DNA from: Paraspadella gotoi
Taxonomy: Eukaryota > Animalia > Chaetognatha
DNA length: 64,000 nucleotides
Assembly (NCBI GenBank): GCA_051294375.1
Contig: CM119266.1
Location: forward strand, 12,948,081 to 13,012,080
Reading direction: 5' to 3'
Translations under genes and position numbers: made by a program
In this document: positions 24,782-38,683 of the stretch, one piece after another
Layout of the letters: the number at the start of each line of letters is the position of its first letter
Position numbering within the stretch: the first letter of the stretch is position 1
Notes under the pieces: model-generated
Databases searched by the model: none
The model's input: only the letters and a program-made list of their open reading frames with translations
What the model was told of the DNA's origin: nothing

Positions 24782-25123
24782 TCACTCTGTGTTGAAATGC
24801 GGCAGGGGAGCCTTTTTTCGTGCGGGATAGAGGCAGCCATTTTGGAGATTTGACTGCGGTCTCAGAGACCTTGGAAGCTTTGAGGGTGACAAGTGTGGTG
24901 AACGGTGAAAATGTGGAGTGAAAGCGGTGTTTGCCATCGTGGGATGGTGAGGATTGCAAAATTTGCAAAGGATTCGTATTGTCAATCCGGGGTTTAGAGA
25001 GCGGTCAATAGTGAAAGTCCCTTCTTTTAACGGGATCTCTGAAGATCGGGGTGATAGTAGGAGGCTCGAGGGGTGAAAGGTTATGAAGCTCGGGCCTCGG
25101 CGGTCAGAGTTGTCCAAAGGCGG
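24782..25123 (-). CDS. candidate terminal coding exon of an unidentified gene
   Basis: High-complexity frame open from the gap edge for ~113 codons (LDNSDRRGPSF...APLPHFNTE*), followed by AT-rich UTR-like sequence. Confidence 0.4.
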   Translation of the reverse strand, partial: PPLDNSDRRGPSFITFHPSSLLLSPRSSEIPLKEGTFTIDRSLNPGLTIRILCKFCNPHHPTMANTAFTPHFHRSPHLSPSKLPRSLRPQSNLQNGCLYPARKKAPLPHFNTE

Positions 25124-25148
25124 NNNNNNNNNNNNNNNNNNNNNNNNN

Positions 25149-28100
25149 AAGAGAAGAGAAGTTATTCAGATGCATCTATGTCTAAAGTATAAGCATAAGT
25201 AAACATAAGAAACGATAGGGGGAGTTGCCGGCAGGAGGGGAGAAGAAAGCTGGTCCCTGTGGTCTGTACTGTAATCTCGATATTTCCAAAGAGATAACTA
25301 TTTAAAAAACAAAGGACACATATACTGTTACTACTGCTTGTCTCTACTCCTCTGCTCTCCTACATTGTATTATACTTCTCTCTCTCTAAGGAGATAAAAT
25401 TTCTACGAAAAACCGGCAAACCTCGTACTATTTCTTAAAGAAAAAGAAAATAAAAACCGTTAAATACTTCCTGCAAATAAATCATCGAGGTTAGTTAAAA
25501 TTGGGTGAGGAACAGTTATTAAATTCTCTTCTTCTCTATCTCAACAACTACCTCCTGCCAGTTTTTAAATTATCTTTTTATAACAAACCAAATTTCCCTC
25601 TCCTTATTTTATATGTCTTCTCTTCTCTCTTTTCTGCCTTTATTTTATGTGCTTTCCCTCTCACTCTCATAGATAAAACGTTAATACCCACCAAAAACGA
25701 ACTTTTTCTCTTAAAAAGATATGAACTTAAAAAAAAACAGGAAAACGATTTTTTCCAAATGTAAAAAGAATAAAACTTAAAAAAAAAGGCAAACGTTTTT
25801 TTCCAATGTAATAGTAAAAACACCGATAAACGATTTTTTAAATAAATAATAAAAAAGCGTTTATCTACAGACGCAGACACGATAAAAAGAGATAAAAATG
25901 TTCTAAAAATCACCGGTAAAACGATATTTTAAAGAAAAAAGAGAATAATAAACGTAAAAATACTTCTGCATAACAATCATCGAGGTGTTAAAATTGGGTG
26001 AGGACAGTTTATTAAAATTTTTTTCAAAAACAAAACAAAATTTCCTTCTTATCTTTTATTTCTCCTCTCTCTCCTTTCTTCTTTAATTTTTAATGAGCTT
26101 TCTCTCACTCTCAATAGATAAAAACGTTAAAATAACAGAAAACGACGACTTTTATCTGGTAAAAATATATGAAAACTTAAAAATAACAGAAACAATTTTT
26201 TCCAATGTAATAAGAAATTAAAACTTAAAAAAAAAAAAACGCAAACGTTTTTTCCAATGTATAAGAGTTAAAACACGCGAAACGATTTTTCTTATAAGTA
26301 AAAGTAAAAAAACGTTAAATACACCGGCGACGATATTTCCAAAGAGATAACTACTTAAAAACAAAGAAAAACGCTTTTTCCAATGTAAAAGAGAATAAAA
26401 AATTTCTAAAAAACCGGAAAACGATATTTAAAGAAAGAATAAAAACGTTACAAATACTTCTGCAATCACATCATCGAGGTTGTAAAATTGGGTGAGGACA
26501 GTTATTAAATATCTTTTTATAAAAACAAAAAATTTTATCTTTCCTTCACCTCTCTTTTTATTTTTATGTCTCTTCTTCTCCTCTTTTCTCTTAATTTTTA
26601 TGTAGCTTATCTCACAATCTCAAATAGATAAAAACGTTAATAACACCAAGAAACGACTTTTTTTCTGTAAAAAGAATATGAAAACTTTAAAAAAAACAGA
26701 GACGAATTTTTTCCAATGTAAGAAATAAAAACTTAAGAAAAAACGGCAAACGTTTTTTTTCAACAATGTAAAAATAGTTAAAAAACAACCGATAACGACT
26801 TTCTAAAGTAAAAGTTATAACGTTTAATACCATACCTGCAGACGATATTCCAAAGAATAGACAACTTAACAACAAAGAAAAACGCTTTTTCCAATGTAAA
26901 TAGACAGATATGAATAATATTCTAAACGCAGACATGTTAACGAACATCCCGGAAAACGGATATTTTCAAAGAAAAACAGAAAATAAAAACGTTAAATACT
27001 TCTGCAAATAACATCATGAGGTTGTTAAAATTGGTGAGGAACAGTATTAAATATCTGTTTTATCAAGAACAAACAAATTTCCTCTCGCTTTTATTTTATT
27101 TCTCTTCTCTTCTCTCTTTCTTCTTTAATTTTTGTAGCTTATATCTCTCACTCTCATAGATAAAACGTTAATAACCAGAAAACAGACTTCTTTCCTCTGT
27201 AAAAGATATGAAAACTTTAAAATAACAGAAAAGATTTTTTCGCAATGTAAAAAGGAAATAAAAACTAAAAAAAAACGGCAACGTTTTTTTCCAATGTAGA
27301 AAGAGTTAAAAAATCAACCGATAAACGGACTTTTCTAAAAGTCAAAAGTAATAAAACAGTTAAATACACCGGCAGACGAATTTTCCCAAAGAGATAACCA
27401 ACTTTAAGAATAACGCAAAAAAAAACGCTTTTTTTCCAATGTAAATTAAGCAGAGTAAAAATTTCTAAACCCGGAAAACGATATTTTCAAGAAAAAGATA
27501 AAAACGTTAAATAACTTTCTGGCAAATAACATCATCGAGTTGTTTAAAATTGGGTGAGCTGAGAGTTATTCTATCTTTTATCAAACACAAAAAAATTTCT
27601 CCTCTTTTACTTTTTATAGGTTCTTCTCTCTCGTCTTCTTTAAATTTTATGTAGCTTTCCTTCATTCTCAATAGATAAAACCGTTAAATACACCAGATAA
27701 GACTTTTTCTCTGTAAATATATGAAAACTTTAAAAATAACAAGAAAACAATTTTTTCTAATGTAAAAAGAAAATAAAAACTTTAAAAAAAACGGCAAACG
27801 TTTTTCGCAATGTAAATAGAGTTACACCGATAAACGACTTTTTATCTAAAGTAAACAGTAATAAATACGTAAAATACACGGCAGACGATATTTCCAAAGA
27901 GATAAACAATTTAAAAAACAAAAAAAACGGCTTTTTTTCCAATGTCAAAGAGATTAAATTTCTAAAACACCGGAAAAACGATATATTTCAAGAAAAAAGA
28001 ATAAAAACGTTAATTTTCTGCAATAACATCATCGGGGTTGTTAAAATTAGTTTGAGGACAGTCTATTAAATATCTTTTTTAATCAAAACAAAAAAATTCC

Positions 28101-31100
28101 TCCTTTATTTTTAGGTCTCTTCTCTCATCACTTTTCTTCTTTAATTTTATGTAAGCTTTTCTCATTCACTCTCAATAGATAAGACACGTTAAATACACCA
28201 GAAAACGACTTTTTCTCTGTAAAATATATGAACTTTAAACAATAACGAACAACAATTTTTTCGGCATGTAAAAAGAAATAAACTTTAAAAAAAAACGGCA
28301 AACGTTTTTTCCAATGTACAAAAGAGTTAATAAACACCGATAATACGACACTTTTCGAAGTAAAAGTAATAAAACGTTAAAATACAAACCGGCATGACGC
28401 GATATTCCAAAGAGATAACAACTTTAAAAACAAAAAAAACGCTTTTTTCAATGTTTAAAAGAGATAAAAAATTTCTAAAACCCGGAACATATTTTTAAAG
28501 AAAAAAGAAATAAATAACGTTAAATACTTCTGCAAATAACCATCATGCGAGGTTGTTTAAAATTTGGTGTGGACATTATTAAATATCTTTTTATCAAAAA
28601 CAATTCCTCTCTTTTATTTTTATGTCTCCTTCTCTTCTCTTTTCTTTAATTCTTATATAGCTCTCACTCTCTCTCAATAGATAAACGTTAAAATACACCG
28701 AGAAAACGAACTTTTTCTCTGTAAAAGATATGAAAACTTTAAAATTAACAGAAATACGATTTTTTCGCAATGTAAAGAAATAAAAACTTAAAACACAAAA
28801 ACGGCAAAACGTTTTTTTCCAATGTAAAGAAGAGTTTACAAAACACCGATAAACGACTTTTTTCTAAAGTAGAACAGTAATAAAACGTTAAATACAAATG
28901 ATCCGGCAAGAACGGATATTTCCCAAAGAGATAACAACTTTAAAACAAAAAAAACGCTTTTTTCCAATGTAAAAAAGAAATAAAAATTCCTAAACAACGG
29001 AACGATATTTTCCAAAGAAAAAAAGAAAAAAAACGTTAAATTTACTTTGCCAAATAACATCATCGAGTTGTTAAATGTGGGTGAGGATAGTTATTAAATA
29101 TCGTTTTTTAATACGTTTTATCAAAACAAACAATTTCCTCCCTTTTATTTCATGTCTCCTTATCTCTCTCTCTTTCTCTTTAATTTTTATGTAGCTTCTC
29201 TCACTCTCATTAGATAAAAACGTTAAAATCACCAGAAAACGACTTTTTTCCTCTGTAGAAGATATGAAATTTTAAAAATAACAGAAAAACGATTTTTCCA
29301 ATGTAAAAAGAAATAAAAACTTAAAAAAAAGGCAAACTTTTTTCCAACTGTAAAGAGTTAAAAAGATCACCGATAAACGACTTTTCTAAAGTAACAATAG
29401 CTGATAAAAAACGTTAAATACATAACCGGCAGACGATATTTATCCAAGAGAATAACAAACTTTAAAAAAAAAAAACGCTTTTTCAATGTAAAAAGGATAA
29501 AAAATTTCTAAAACACCGAAAACGATATTTTCAAAGCAAAAAAGAAATAAAAACGTTAAATACTTCTGCAATAACATCATCGATCTCTGAGTTGTTAAAA
29601 AAATTGGGTGAGACAGTTTATTAACATCTTTTATCAACATAAAAAATTTCTATCTTTTTTCTCTTCTATATGTCTCCTCTTCCTTCTCTCTCTCTCCTCT
29701 TAATTTTATGCTATGCTCTTTCTCTTCTTCTACTCAACTCAGTAATACCGTGTAGATTCTATCACAGATAGCGTAACTTTTCTACTTGCTGAGTGCAGTT
29801 GATAGTGTAAAATAATATATTCAGCAGATGAACCTAACTGTTTCCTGCTAAGAGTAGTCAAGAAGAGAATAGAACGTTTTCATAAAGGAATAATCGCGCA
29901 CACTTGTTGTTCTTCCAATTGGTGAGAGGGAACGACGTTAGAAGGAGAAACTCTGCGAGATGATGCGGAGTGTTGCTAGATAGTGAGTAAGTGGAATATA
30001 AGAGTGTTGTGAATCGATGGCATGAGGGGGACTGGAATGATGTATGCCAGGAGATAAGGATGGAAATCTGTTAGATAATATAGCATAAGAAAAACGGACT
30101 TTCGTTTCTGCTCCAATCAGTAATAATATGAGAGAGATGAGAGAACTGGAAAATGTATATATAAAACCTACCGAGAAGACAAATGGCGTATATTTTTTAT
30201 TACGCAATCAAAGGAAGAATCCAGACGATTTTATAATATGTTCATGTCAGGCACAGAAGTATAGTATCGTATCGGTATGGTTTTAATAAATTGGTGGTGT
30301 GACATAAGTTTATTTATTTATATAAATATCATTTATTTATCAAAACAATATTATATCATATATATATTATTTATTACCAGTCTATGTTTATAGGTAGTTA
30401 TGTCGCTGCTTAGTCTCTTTTCTCTTTTTTTTTCTAACAGTATTGATATTATTGGATGATTTCGTTTCGATAATCATTTTAGAAAATATCAGTTAGCCTT
30501 TTCTCGTCTGATAGCTAGTTGAGCCGTTCTTTTTTACTAAGTTAATTGTGTATTAAAGCCAGGGGGTGTAAAATTAGCACGCCTAGACAGATAAAATATC
30601 GGGGATTATTCTTTCGAATAGTGAGATAATAGTATATTGATAATAGTAACAATATAAGAGAACACAAGACAGTTAAGCATGGTTTTTTCTACATGTTCAC
30701 ATAAGAGTTAAGAGACAGAGCGACTTGATTATAGATAACGACTTCATATAGTCGAAAAGTATAAAACTTTTAATACTATTCGGAATGGCATGAAAATTAA
30801 TGTTGGTATACGTCAGAGAACAAACATACTTTAATAGCACGAAAAAATAACAACGGCTTTTACCCAAATGTAATTCACGATATGAACAGACACACGATCA
30901 CTTCTATAAGAAGGCCGCCGAGAGTAATAACGATATTAAAGAATAAAAGAGATAAAACGGTCTGAGTTCTTACATGAAATAACATCATCGAGGTTGTTAA
31001 GTAAATTAGCAGAGATGTAAGATACATGTTATTAATTAGTACTCTACTTTTATATATCATTTTTATATATCAACAGAACGAAGATTATCTCTACGCTATT

Positions 31101-32786
31101 TAGTATGTCAATAGTGTATCCAAACTTACAGTGCATGCTCTATTATCTCGTTTATAGATGTTATCATGGTATAGTCATCTGTTCATCAATACCATAGGAT
31201 TACAATCTAACACAAACGGGTATTAAAGTACATGTAAGATATACGACACTTGTACTGTACTGATATAATATATATGGAAAGAAAACGGTAGTTTGATATT
31301 CAAGGAGGAAAACAGTTTGTCATTCACTCCATAGAAGAATAAAACTTAATCAAAACAGACAGGAGGCTGGACGTTGTGTTTGCCATAGTAAAAGTAGAGA
31401 GGGTCATTTATAATATAAGAGCGCACTAGTTCCCACACCCACCGATTTCTAAAGTAAAAACGGATAAAAACGGTTAATACCACGGCTATGATTCAATTAA
31501 TTTCCAAAATAAGAGAGACCTGTATTATAGAGCCAGAAAGTGGTGTATTTGTCAGAATGCCAGATAAAGCACTAATAGAATTGTGAAACAAGTCCGGACC
31601 TACTAGTATCTTGATCAGATTACAGCAGGAATATAAACGTGTCAATATCTCAGTTCTCTTGCTCAGACATACTGGAGGAAGTGTTAAGAAGTAGTGCGGT
31701 AGTAGGAGCTGTATATAAGAGTAATATGTTATGACTAGAGAGATTCTACCTTCTGTTATTATGTATGTGTTCACTTTCTCGGATGAATTACGTATCCGAT
31801 TTGTATCGTCTTTATGTCTATGGTAGCGTTTCTGTCCACTATCATAGAATGATAGAAACAACGATTATAATAGTCGAGCATCAGAAATCTTTCTCATGGG
31901 TAAAATTAGTTGTATTATGTCCACAGAAGAAGGATAACACGAGAATGTTGTTCTGTAGCTGGTGAGAAGCACAGGTAAAAACTTTGTAGGAGAGAAAAGA
32001 GAGGCACGATCTTCAGGTATTTATGGATATTAATGTAAGAGATAGTTTCACAGCCGATAAGGCAGCGGATACGAGTTTTCTAGTAAAAAGTGTCACCGTT
32101 AAATCACGTTAAAAGAGCGGTGGTAGGTAATAGATCTACAGAGGAATTTATGCATGAGAGATACAGAATGACCGTGTCGCCTAGGTGGAGAGAGGGGTCA
32201 GGAGCTGTGAGGGGAGTGGCAGTTCACGCATTCTTCGGAGAGCGATTGAAATAAAGTTTTAGATTTATTATGTATATGAAGATAGAAGATAGAAAGTTGT
32301 GGAGTTAGTAGAGTATGTATGTAGGAAGACCGAGAGTATAGAGTATGATGTATGGGCACAGAGGATTGCCGTCGAGACTTGAGTAGGTTATTTATTACTT
32401 GTCTCTATCAGTCTATATGGTGGTTATTCTTTCTCTGGATTGATTTGTAAGATTTGATATTTTTCTTGATTCACACGGAAGTCGTTGCAGTGAATCTGTG
32501 GAAAGAAGTGAGAATCGTCGAAGACGGCTAAGGGGGGAAGAAGAGGGGGGAAGTGGAATGGGAGGGGGAAAGGAGAGGGAAAGTGGAATGGTAGGGGGAA
32601 AGGAAGAGGGGGAAGTGGAAGGGGAAGGGGAAAGGAAGAGGGGAAGTGGACAGGGGAGAGGGAAAGGAAGAGGGGGAAGTGGAGGAGATGGGGAAAGGAA
32701 GAGGGGAAGTAGAAAGGGAAGGGAAGGAAAGGGGAAGTGGGAAGGAGGAGTGGGGAAAGGAAGTGGGGTAAAGTGGAAAGGGAGGG
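25149..32786. repeat. copy A of apparently exact 7638 bp duplication
   Basis: Matches 39457-47094 at constant offset 14308; all ORF-track entries wholly inside it recur with identical translation; both copies start right after a 25-N gap. Confidence 0.97.
25280..29740. repeat. AT-rich tandem satellite, ~500-530 bp unit, ~9 copies, with internal ~45 bp subrepeats
   Basis: Marker aacatcatcgaggttgttaaaattgggtgagga recurs near 25480, 25975, 26470, 27010, 27530, 28025, 28540, 29060 and 29575. Confidence 0.9.
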
Positions 32787-32825
32787 GAAAGGAAGAATGG
32801 GAGGTGGAAGTTGAGAGTATTAGAT
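32525..32825 (+). repeat. polypurine G-rich ~28 bp tandem repeat (GGGGAAAGGAAGAGGGGGAAGTGGA)
   Basis: Near-pure purine tract with many GGG runs; also present at 46833-47094. Confidence 0.85.
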
Positions 32826-33195
32826 GAAGCGATAGAGTAAAGAACTGAAAAACGGAGGAAGAAGAAGATTATAAGAAGTTTAAAAAAAGAGGAAAGGAGG
32901 GAGCGACCAAAAGGGATTAAGCGAAGGAGACTGGATTTTGAGAATTCACTTAATAAATAATTATATTGTTTTTCTGTCGACAGATAATTTAACGAGGGCT
33001 CGTTCTAAGACTAAAGTTTTATCAAATATATTTTGGCTCGACTTGAATTATCTCCGTAAAATCAATTTTTTTTCTCTTTTATGTCGTTTGTTTATAAAAC
33101 ACGTAGATTCGTCTCTCAAATGTTTTATTCCATCCCATAAAAAAAAAAACAACAAATAATTTGCCTTGTGCAAAAAAAATCATAGACGAAAAAAG

Positions 33196-33450
33196 GGAAG
33201 GCGTTTCCGCCTGGGCATTTCCGCCTGCACTCGGCTACGCGGTCCCATCGCCCGCCACCGGCGCCGCCTTTCGGCCTCAAAGACGCCGGTTCACGCGGCC
33301 GCGGCGGCCAAGCCTCTTTCGGCGAGTGCTCGCCGGCCCCGCCAATTCGGGCGCGCCACTCCAGCCGCCACCATCGTGCCAACCAATTCACGCCGGAAAA
33401 TGCGGAGGCGTGGGCGGAGCGAGGAGGGCCACGCCCACTCGCGGAGGGAG
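33196..33450 (+). CDS. GC-rich internal exon, unidentified (mirror copy 38792-39037 on -)
   Basis: Consensus of the two arms gives an open 81-codon phase 0-0 frame between aaaaag| and |gtaggg: GSVSAWHSACTRHAVPSPPPAPPFGLK...FTPENAEAWRSEEGHAHSRRE. Confidence 0.55.
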
Positions 33451-35428
33451 GTAGGGGACAATGAGGAAATATGCGGGCAGATGGTCGCGTTTGCCCTCTC
33501 TCCCTCTCTTCTCTCTCCTCCTCTCTCTCCTCTCTCATCTCTCTCTTTCTCTCCTCCTCCTCTCTCTCTCTCTCTCTCTCTCTCCTCTCTTCTCTTTCAC
33601 TCTCTCACGCTCATTTGCAGTTAACGAGAATGCCTCTCATCCTCCTCCTTTTAGACTTTTGAGGGTTGAATTGCATCGAATACGGAATGATTTATTTGAG
33701 CACGGTTTTTGGCTGATCTGATATTATGATATTTCACTATTATTAGGGGTGATTTATAACTTCCATTTTTAAATTGCCGTAATTATACTGTCAATACTAT
33801 TTCAAAACATTTCTTATTATTTTAAAAAGTAAACTTTCACACATTTGCAATTTTTTTTTTTATTTAGTTGGGTTAAATATAAAGTTTTCAAAATTTACAA
33901 GTTATGGTAAATAAAATGGTTCTTCCACCTTGCGCTGAAGAAATTTCACAACAGGGAGGAGATTTTTCCACTTCCTACATCTTTGACAGACCAAATTGTA
34001 ATTTCTTCAATATGCAATGTCGCTATGGCTTTAATGCGACACATGCTTAAAACGACGCGACCTAAAAAAAAAATCTCGGGCATATTTCTCTGGAAGACTT
34101 AAACCTTTCCAACGCCGAGCTTTCCTTGCTTTGTTTGGTAATAAAGAATTAATGGTTCGAATAAAAAATTAACCGCAAAGAAAGCTTGGAAACGCGGATC
34201 GTAGCCTTCGTTCTTAAAACCAAAACAAAAATAGCGTTAAAATTGAATCTGTTGAGCTAATGTCTTAAGTAACTATCTATAGTTTGCATATGAAGATTCA
34301 TATTGATAGAAAAGTAGTGTTGTCAATTGCTGCAGCAACAGCAGTTGGACAGACGAAGCACGAAGACTTCGACAGCGATCGAACACCGAACGACGATCCA
34401 CGACACCGAAGGAACGGAAAAACAAGCGTGAAGGCAGAACGTGCGAGAAAAAAAGTAGGCGTGGTCACCACGAACGAGGACCGAGGCCTGACCTTGAGTT
34501 CGTCGCAGTGGTGGCGAAGGAGGCAGATGTTTAATTTTGGAAAGGGTTTTTAGGAAAGTGGCAACGTTGAAGCGTACTAAGATCTCCTCGTGTTATAGAG
34601 AGACCGCGTCGCACCGAAGGCAGAGAAAAAAAAAAGCTGGGCCGAACGGAAATGAAAGTCTTAGTGGGACGTGGTCGGAAAAGGGCAAAACTCGGATTCG
34701 AAGGGGGGAAAAAAAAACAAACAATAAATTCGGAGGCCGGAAATAAATGAGAGGAAAGAGGAGGGGGGTAAATTCGAAATTAAACATGAAAAAGCGTAGA
34801 GAAGGAAAGACGAAATGTTTAAAAAAGATTTTTGGGCTGAAAGCCTGCTGCCGGGCGAGATACCGATTGTTTTGATCTGAGAAAAAAAAAATGTCAATGC
34901 GATGATAAAGAATAAATTATCGATTTGGTGTTCGCCGGACTGGAGTGGCGTTGCGCCACCCTACCAAAGCCCGCCTGCCCCGCACCGTGCGCTTTCAACG
35001 GGCGCCGTCTAAACAGTACTCGGCCAATACACGAGTCGAGAGTGAAGATGGAGTGACGTGACGTGAAAGAAAGGTAATTAAGGATGGAGTGAGGAGACGG
35101 GAAAGGGGAGCGCGATACAAAAAAAAGGTATTGCCGCTGGCTTAATACCCTCCCCCAGCCCAAAAAGCAAACCCCATCATATTTCACACCCCGGCGAACT
35201 GCGATTCTTGCCTGGCGAACCTCGTCAACCCCGCGGACAGGAAAGAGGGGGGGAGAGGGGGGGTGAGAGAGGACAGGAGGAGGTACGAGGATATGGGGCT
35301 TTGGAGACTGTAGCGCGGTGGACCCCGGAGATAGCCGAAACAAGGGTCGCTATTACGGAGCAGAGTGAAAGAGACTTTGATGGATTGAAAACGCTAACGC
35401 GAGGGCAACGAAAGAGAAGAGGGAGAGA

Positions 35429-35463
<35 letters not shown>

Positions 35464-35471
35464 AGAGAGAA

Positions 35472-35514
<43 letters not shown>

Positions 35515-36729
35515 AGAGAGAGAGAGAGAGAGAGAGAGACACGCGGGCGTTGACTCAAACGTGGCCAGTTGACAGCACCGCCGAGTGCCAGCATTAAAAG
35601 AGAGAAGAAAGTCGATTATTTGTTTCCTTTTTTACGTTTAGTAATAAAAATATTTTTTTTTGAATAAATAATAATATTTTTTCCAACGGTCAGACGATGT
35701 CTAGACGAGAGGTTCATGTTTACCTCTTTATTTTCACTTTGAATAGTTTGTGTTGTTTGTTTTTTATTATTAAATTTTATGGCAATCTTGTTATATTAAT
35801 AATGTTTAACGTTGCAAAAACGGAGTCGCGGCGTTATTCCGCCTCAAGAACAAATGTGGAAGGCATAACCACTATGAACGACAGTCCACCGCTGTGACGA
35901 AACTGTGTCTTCAATCAACCTTGTCTTATCTTCGCGTCTCGATTAAAATCAGACATTTTATCGGATTTGCACGAGACGGAAAGTCAACACGCAAAAAAAA
36001 AAATCGAGGAGGTTTCAGACTCCCCACATTGGATTCTTTTTTCGCTTGGGGGGGGGGAACGGAGAGGGGGTGCACGAGGTTCCCGTTTTATCGAGCAGAA
36101 ACTTTGGCCTCCTACCGCTTTCTAACCCCTCTCCCCTTTTTCTCCCCTTCTTCAGCGCCAGGGTCGCCAACGGCTGATCGTGGTCTAGCCTTCGCCAATA
36201 GATATTCCGCGACTCGCTTCCAGCCGCCTTCCCGCCTCCGCGCCTCCGATTTTTTTTTTGGCGGTTGACTCTCCGTCTCGTGCAAATCCGATAAAATGTC
36301 GATTTTAAATCGAGACCGAAGATAGAAAGTTGATGAAGACAGTTTCGTCACAGCGTTAGTGGACTGTCTGTTGCACTGCGTCGGCACGTCGCATTGCTTT
36401 TTTCACTACTATTCAGTATTCATTGAGGCGGAATAACGCGACTCCGTTTTGCAACGTTAAACATTTTAATTACAGTTGCCATAAAATTTAATTAAAAAAA
36501 AAAAACACAAACTATCAAAGTGAAAATAAAGAGGTAAACATGAACGCTCTCGTCTAGACATCGTCTGACCGTGAAAAATATTATTTTATTCAAAAAAAAA
36601 TATTTTATTACTAAACGTAAAAGAAGGAAATATCGACTTTCTTCTCTCTTTTATCTGGACTCGCGCGTGCGTCAACGGCCACGTTTGAGTCAACCGCCCG
36701 CGTGTCTCTCTCTCTCTCTCTCTCTCTCT

Positions 36730-36772
<43 letters not shown>

Positions 36773-36780
36773 TTCTCTCT

Positions 36781-36815
<35 letters not shown>

Positions 36816-37759
36816 TCTCTCCCTCTTCTCTTTCGTTGCCCTCGCGTTAGCGTTTTCAATCCATCAAAGTCTCTTTCACTCTGCTCCGTAATAGCGACCC
36901 TTGTTTCGGCTATCTCCGGGGTCCACCGCGCTACAGTCTCCAAAGCCCCATATCCTCGTACCTCCTCCTGTCCTCTCTCACCCCCCCTCTCCCCCCCTCT
37001 TTCCTGTCCGCGGGGTTGACGAGGTTCGCCAGGCAAGAATCGCAGTTCGCCGGGGTGTGAAATATGATGGGGTTTGCTTTTTGGGCTGGGGGAGGGTATT
37101 AAGCCAGCGGCCAATACCTTTTTTTTGTATCGCGCTCCCCTTTCCCGTCTCCTCACTCCATCCTTAATTACCTTTCTTTTCACGTCACTCACTCCATCTC
37201 ACTCTCGACTCGTTGATTGCCGAGTACGTTAGAGGCGCCCGTGAAAAGCGGCACGGTGGGGGCAGGACGGGCTTGGTAGGCGTGGCCGCAACGGCCATCC
37301 AGTCCGGCGAAACCAAATCGATAATTTATCTTTATCATCGTCCATTGACATTTTTTTTTCTCGAGATCAAAACAACGTATCTCGCCCGCAGCAGCTTTCA
37401 GCCAAAAATCTTTTAACATTATCGTCTTTCCTTCTCTACGCTTTTTCATGTTTATTTCGAATTACCCCCCCCTCTTTCTCTCATTTATTTTCCGCCTCCG
37501 AATGTTATTGTTTGTTTTTTTTCCCCTCGAATCCGAGTTTTGCCCTTCCGACCGCGCCCACTAAGACGTCATTTCCGTTCGGCCCAGGCTTTTTTTTTCT
37601 CTGCTTTGCGTGCGACGCGGACTCTTATAACACGAGGAGATCTTAGTAACGCTCAACGTTGCCACTCCTAAAAACCCTTCCATTAAACACTGCCTCCTTC
37701 CGCCACCCACTGCGACGAACTCAAGGTCAGCCTCGGCCTCGTTTCGCGGACCACGCCTA

Positions 37760-37917
37760 CTTTTTTCTCGCACGTTCTGCCTTCACGCTTGTTTTCCCGC
37801 TGTTCCTTGAGTTTTCGTGATCGTCGTCGTGATCGTCGTCGTGATCGTCGTCTTCGCTGTCGTCTTCGTCTTCGTCTGTCCAACTGCTGTTGCTGCAGCA
37901 ATGACAACACGACTTTC
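37760..37917 (-). CDS. candidate exon with 12 bp repeat (gatcacgacgac) x3, possibly SCCHCCSNSSWTDEDEDDSEDDDHDDDHDDDHE
   Basis: Acceptor-like gacag|; the frame is ambiguous because all three frames are locally open. Confidence 0.25.
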
Positions 37918-38638
37918 TGTCTTAATCTTCTATAACTTTTTTTCCTCTTTAAAATACGATCAAAGTTCAAACTTCCAAGATTCTCAACAGATTCAATTTT
38001 AACGCTATTTTGTTTTGGTTTTAAGAACGAAGGCACGATCCGCGTTTCCAAGCTTTTTGCGGTTAATTTTTTTATTCGAACCATAATTCTTTATTACCAA
38101 ACAAAGCAAGGAAAGCTCGGCGTCGGAAGGTTTAAGTCGTTCGAGAGAAATATGCGATTTTTTTTTAGTCGCGTCGTTTAAGCATTGTCGCATTAAAGCC
38201 ATAAGCTCATTGCATATTGAAGAAAATACAATTTGGTCTGTCAAAGATGTAGGAAGTGAAAAATCCCCTCCCTGTGAAATTTCTCAGCGCAAGGTGAAGA
38301 CCATTTTATTTACAATACTTGTAAATTTTGAACAACTTATATTTAAACCCAACTGAGTAAAATAAATAAAAAAATGCAAATAGAATTTACATTATTATTA
38401 AATGTGTGAAAGTTTACTTTTTAAAATAATAAGAAATGTTTTGAAATAGTATTGACAGTATTAATTACGGCAATAAAAATGGAAGTATAAATCACCCCTA
38501 ATAATAGTAATATCATAATATCAAATCAGCAAAAACCGTGCTCAAAGAAATCATTCCGTATTCGATGCAATTCAACCCTCAAAAGTCTAAAAGGAGGAAG
38601 GATGAGAGCATTCGTTAACTGCAAATGCGTGCAAAGAG

Positions 38639-38683
<45 letters not shown>

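Noticed and set aside
29938-31965. ORFs of 61-122 aa recurring identically at 44246-46273
   Set aside because: They lie in degraded sequence, and their recurrence only reflects the exact duplication.
33535-33565. PacBio SMRTbell adapter remnant
   Set aside because: It resembles only the CT-rich half, lacks the GTTGTTGTTG part, is present in both arms and is not at the fold centre.
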